From a virus (lineage: Duplodnaviria; Caudoviricetes): 60,307 nucleotides of DNA. The stretch covers positions 1 through 60,307 of IMG/VR virus record IMGVR_UViG_3300020373_000003. One strand, 5' to 3'. The position numbers and the translations under genes were made by a program. The notes under the pieces are model-generated. The model did no database searches. It saw only the letters and a program-made list of their open reading frames with translations, and was not told the DNA's origin. This document shows, piece after piece, positions 57,853 to 60,307 of the stretch; position 1 is the stretch's first letter; every line of letters starts with the position of its first letter.

Positions 57853-58657
57853 ACCATGGCTTATCGAAAGCGAAACACTTAGAGGACATCCAAAGGTATT
57901 ACAATTGATACAAGGATCATGGATGACAATGACACTTCCCCTTACACAATTTTGTGATGGTAGTGCATATCTTAGTCACATGGAACGAATACGAGGTGCA
58001 AGAGGCGAAACATTAGATGAATCTGCATATACTATACCATTAATGTATCAAGCAGTAAGTGACAAATTTCTACCTTGGTGTGCTAATATTCCTGCGTTTC
58101 CTTATGAATATAAAATTGACTTTGAAGCCGAAATTGGTGCAATAGTAGATACTGTTCCAATGGGAACAAGTGTTGAAGATGCAGGAAAACGAATTAAATA
58201 TATTACCATTATTAATGATATTAGTCTTCGTACTTTTTGTGCAAAAGAAGTGCAAACTGGATTTGGTTTTTTACAAGGAAAACCGCATAGTGCATTAGGA
58301 AAATGGAGCATACCAGTTATAGCATTAGAAGATGAGATTTGGCATGATAATAAATTTCATGCTACTATGATTGTTGAAGTTAACGGCGAACAAATAGGTA
58401 AAATTAATACATCAAAAGAAATGCATTTTGATTTTGCTCAATTAATAGCTCATGCCGCAAAAACTAGAGAATTAAGTAAAGGCACATTAATCGGAAGCGG
58501 GACTGTAAGCTCAAGCGATATTAACGACGGGTTTGGTTGTTTTATGGAACGAAATATAGTTACTGATAGTAAAGAATACTTAAAATCGGGAGACAAAGTA
58601 AAAATGTATATAGAAGAATTTCCAAGACATCTTTTGATAGAACAAGGAGTAGTATAA
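57839..58657 (+). CDS. Fumarylacetoacetate hydrolase family protein
   Basis: DGSAYLSH, PLMYQ, IDFEAE, NDISLR, GFGFLQGK and IGSGTVS motifs. Likely start ATG 57839. Confidence 0.85.
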   Translation: MEPHEPWLIESETLRGHPKVLQLIQGSWMTMTLPLTQFCDGSAYLSHMERIRGARGETLDESAYTIPLMYQAVSDKFLPWCANIPAFPYEYKIDFEAEIGAIVDTVPMGTSVEDAGKRIKYITIINDISLRTFCAKEVQTGFGFLQGKPHSALGKWSIPVIALEDEIWHDNKFHATMIVEVNGEQIGKINTSKEMHFDFAQLIAHAAKTRELSKGTLIGSGTVSSSDINDGFGCFMERNIVTDSKEYLKSGDKVKMYIEEFPRHLLIEQGVV

Positions 58658-58962
58658 TGAACTGGATTGGTATAATATTTCTCATTAATACAGTATGGAT
58701 TTCATTACCACCAACATTTGATTCAAAGGGTCGATTAACAGAACCACCAGGTGTAACATTTGGACTTAATGATGAATATTTTGAAGATGAAGAAGAATGT
58801 TGGGAATATTTTGATAAACATCCATCCTTTGAACTTTTAGATGTATATAGTCGTAATCATTATGATATTGAATCTATAATGAAACGATATGCAATAAAAC
58901 ATGTTGGGACTGCTTATGTTACGTGCAAACCTCACCTAAAATGGCATAAAGATGATAAATAG
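58657..58962 (+). CDS. Hypothetical protein with hydrophobic N-terminus
   Basis: TAATG overlap with the FAH gene; GGAG SD; 101 aa. Confidence 0.55.
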   Translation: MNWIGIIFLINTVWISLPPTFDSKGRLTEPPGVTFGLNDEYFEDEEECWEYFDKHPSFELLDVYSRNHYDIESIMKRYAIKHVGTAYVTCKPHLKWHKDDK

Positions 58963-58978
58963 GTTGTCTAAACTAAAC

Positions 58979-59070
58979 TGGCTCTGGGGGTAGGAATCGA
59001 ACCTACACGCCCCTCTGCAAAGGGACAATACGCAAACAACGTACCACGTCTACCGTTTCGTCACCCCAGA
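58979..59070 (-). tRNA. tRNA with GTT (Asn) anticodon, long variable arm and encoded CCA
   Basis: TCTGGGG TG ACG AAACGGTAGA CGT G GTACG TTGTTTG CGTAT T GTCCCTT TGCA GAGGGGC GT GTAGG TTCGATT CCTAC CCCCAGA G CCA; all stems pair. Confidence 0.88.
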
Positions 59071-59202
59071 GTCCGTTTCTTTTATAAGATGTTCCTCTTG
59101 ATGCTCTGCAAGTTCATCGAGGTCTGTAAATGTTTCGTCGCATTCAAAGCAACTAGCAAATCCATATTTTTTATAAAAGTTTTTATCATAATCATATTTC
59201 AA
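59050..59202 (-). CDS. 50-aa C2H2 zinc-finger microprotein (below the ORF-track cutoff)
   Basis: TTG start overlapping the upstream TGA (TTGA). MKYDYDKNFYKKYGFASCFECDETFTDLDELAEHQEEHLIKETDSGVTKR matches C-x2-C-x3-F-x5-L-x2-H-x3-H. Confidence 0.7.
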   Translation of the reverse strand: MKYDYDKNFYKKYGFASCFECDETFTDLDELAEHQEEHLIKETDSGVTKR

Positions 59203-60077
59203 AGTAATTCCGCTTTTTTCATACCTGCAATCAAACGTGTTATTCCTATTCCTCCTCCATAACGAGGTTTAAAATCATAAGATAAAAATTCTTCAAGTTC
59301 TGCTTCTACTCTTTCTTTACCAAAGAGATCATACAATAAACTGGCATACCCACCATCTGATATTGTATGGAATTGATGTTTCATTTCTTCTACATCACTA
59401 GATCGTTCAGCACTACCTATTGTTTCCATGCCACCTATGATGACATCGCATTTGTTAGCCTGTCGGTCTTTTCCTGTACTTGTCATTCCATCCATTTTCA
59501 TGTTCCAAAATGGACTTGTTGATTCAGGAAAATGAGTTAAGAAAAATACGTCACCGTATTCCGCATACATTCTACCTTCGTGGAAATCTGTTAATTCATT
59601 ATTTTCGGCCGCATAATGTGCAACCATACTCATATAATTTCCACCCGGGAAATCTAATCCTTCGTATGGTGCTCTACCGTGATCAGTTTTAAAGCCTAAA
59701 TGTGTTAATAAATCACTTTCCATTTTAAGTAAGTTTGGAAACTCACCTGGTGCCTCAAATTCGAACATTGGAAAAATAAGTTCGTGTCTACCTTCTGTGG
59801 GATTTTGTTCTTGTCTATAACTTGTACTAACACAATAACAACCTGGTAAATCAGGTTTTGTTAGTAATTCATATTCAAGCCACATTTGACCTGTTTGAGG
59901 TAGTGGCCATATCTTGCCGTTGTAATTGTAAGTCGCAACTGTAGTTGGATCCTCACAAGCGGCTAATATGCTTAATCTGTTTTGGGTATGTACTTCTTGA
60001 AAATTTAGATTATCGAAAAAGGAACGAAGACGCTTAACCACTGTTGAAAATTCCGTCGGGTCAATTAATTGTGTCAT
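59199..60077 (-). CDS. Class II aaRS (Asn/Asp) catalytic-core-only protein, asparagine synthetase AS-AR-like
   Basis: Motif 1 LRSFF...EV.T, LPQTGQMWLE, motif 2 YRQE...RH...F.MFEFE, ETIGSAER, motif 3 GGGIGITRL; no N-terminal OB-fold. Confidence 0.85.
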   Translation of the reverse strand: MTQLIDPTEFSTVVKRLRSFFDNLNFQEVHTQNRLSILAACEDPTTVATYNYNGKIWPLPQTGQMWLEYELLTKPDLPGCYCVSTSYRQEQNPTEGRHELIFPMFEFEAPGEFPNLLKMESDLLTHLGFKTDHGRAPYEGLDFPGGNYMSMVAHYAAENNELTDFHEGRMYAEYGDVFFLTHFPESTSPFWNMKMDGMTSTGKDRQANKCDVIIGGMETIGSAERSSDVEEMKHQFHTISDGGYASLLYDLFGKERVEAELEEFLSYDFKPRYGGGIGITRLIAGMKKAELL

Positions 60078-60131
60078 ATTGTTTTGGTACTCCGCCTAAA
60101 CCTAAGTATTTAGCATTTTAGCAAAAAATAC

Positions 60132-60160
60132 TTGACTTTAGAAATAATAAGTAGTATAGT
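60132..60160 (+). promoter_or_regulatory. Sigma70-type promoter firing rightwards
   Basis: TTGACT-17 nt-TATAGT; shares CTTGACTTTAGA with the promoter at 5175. Confidence 0.7.
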
Positions 60161-60307
60161 AAATATATACAAGGAAAAAAATGAAACAACTATTAATAAT
60201 TTTTATAATGGCGACATGGATCGTTTCTATGGCCAATATTATGAAGTAATACTAGGAGTTGTTTTTGGTGCAATGATACTATTTTATATTCCTGTTATGA
60301 TTAGAGA

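Noticed and set aside
818-59692. Many short antisense or alternate-frame ORFs in the track (e.g. 14839..15252, 18755..19084, 27504..27881, 50468..50827)
   Set aside because: Fully nested in well-supported genes, with no motifs or ribosome-binding sites; shadow ORFs.
59199-60077. Canonical asparaginyl-tRNA synthetase (asnS) or a truncated pseudogene
   Set aside because: No anticodon-binding domain is encoded upstream, but the ORF has its own GGAG SD and intact motifs 1-3, so it is a stand-alone core rather than asnS or a fragment.
1-60307. Alternative genetic code (stop-codon reassignment)
   Set aside because: Core genes are full length in code 11, and TAG, TGA and TAA all end genes at expected positions.
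54652-60307. Host chromosome flank (prophage boundary)
   Set aside because: No integrase or att site seen; composition, tight gene packing and promoter motifs match the phage part. Read-level confirmation is still advisable.
60181-60307. Short ORFs at the right edge
   Set aside because: A 22-codon ORF and an overlapping open frame run to the window end; too little sequence to call.

Overview
AT-rich 60 kb segment of a large T4-superfamily (myovirus-type) bacteriophage genome, probably aquatic (inference), read in the standard genetic code. From left to right it carries: baseplate genes on the minus strand; the late sigma factor gp55; two paralogous 2OG-Fe(II) oxygenases; gp47/gp46; a PyrD-like gene; a Holliday junction resolvase; a ~370-nt structured intergenic region; a HAD nucleotidase; a gp26-like chaperone with a candidate -1 frameshift extension; tape measure; and the head module (portal, core, protease, scaffold, major capsid). 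A ~28 kb virion-appendage region follows. It holds a giant protein with phycobiliprotein-like CxRD repeats, four tandem His/Cys-rich paralogs, a Trp-halogenase, a subtilase and several fibres. Next come NUDIX, gp15 (with a propeller insertion) and gp14, then a nitrogen/amino-acid auxiliary-gene island (Amt, VOC, lysine/saccharopine dehydrogenase, FAH). The most unusual element is a compact minus-strand unit: an AsnRS/AspRS-like catalytic core with no anticodon-binding domain, an unannotated 50-aa C2H2 zinc-finger ORF, and a tRNA with an Asn (GTT) anticodon on a Leu-type long-variable-arm body. All family calls are by motif recognition; no searches were run.
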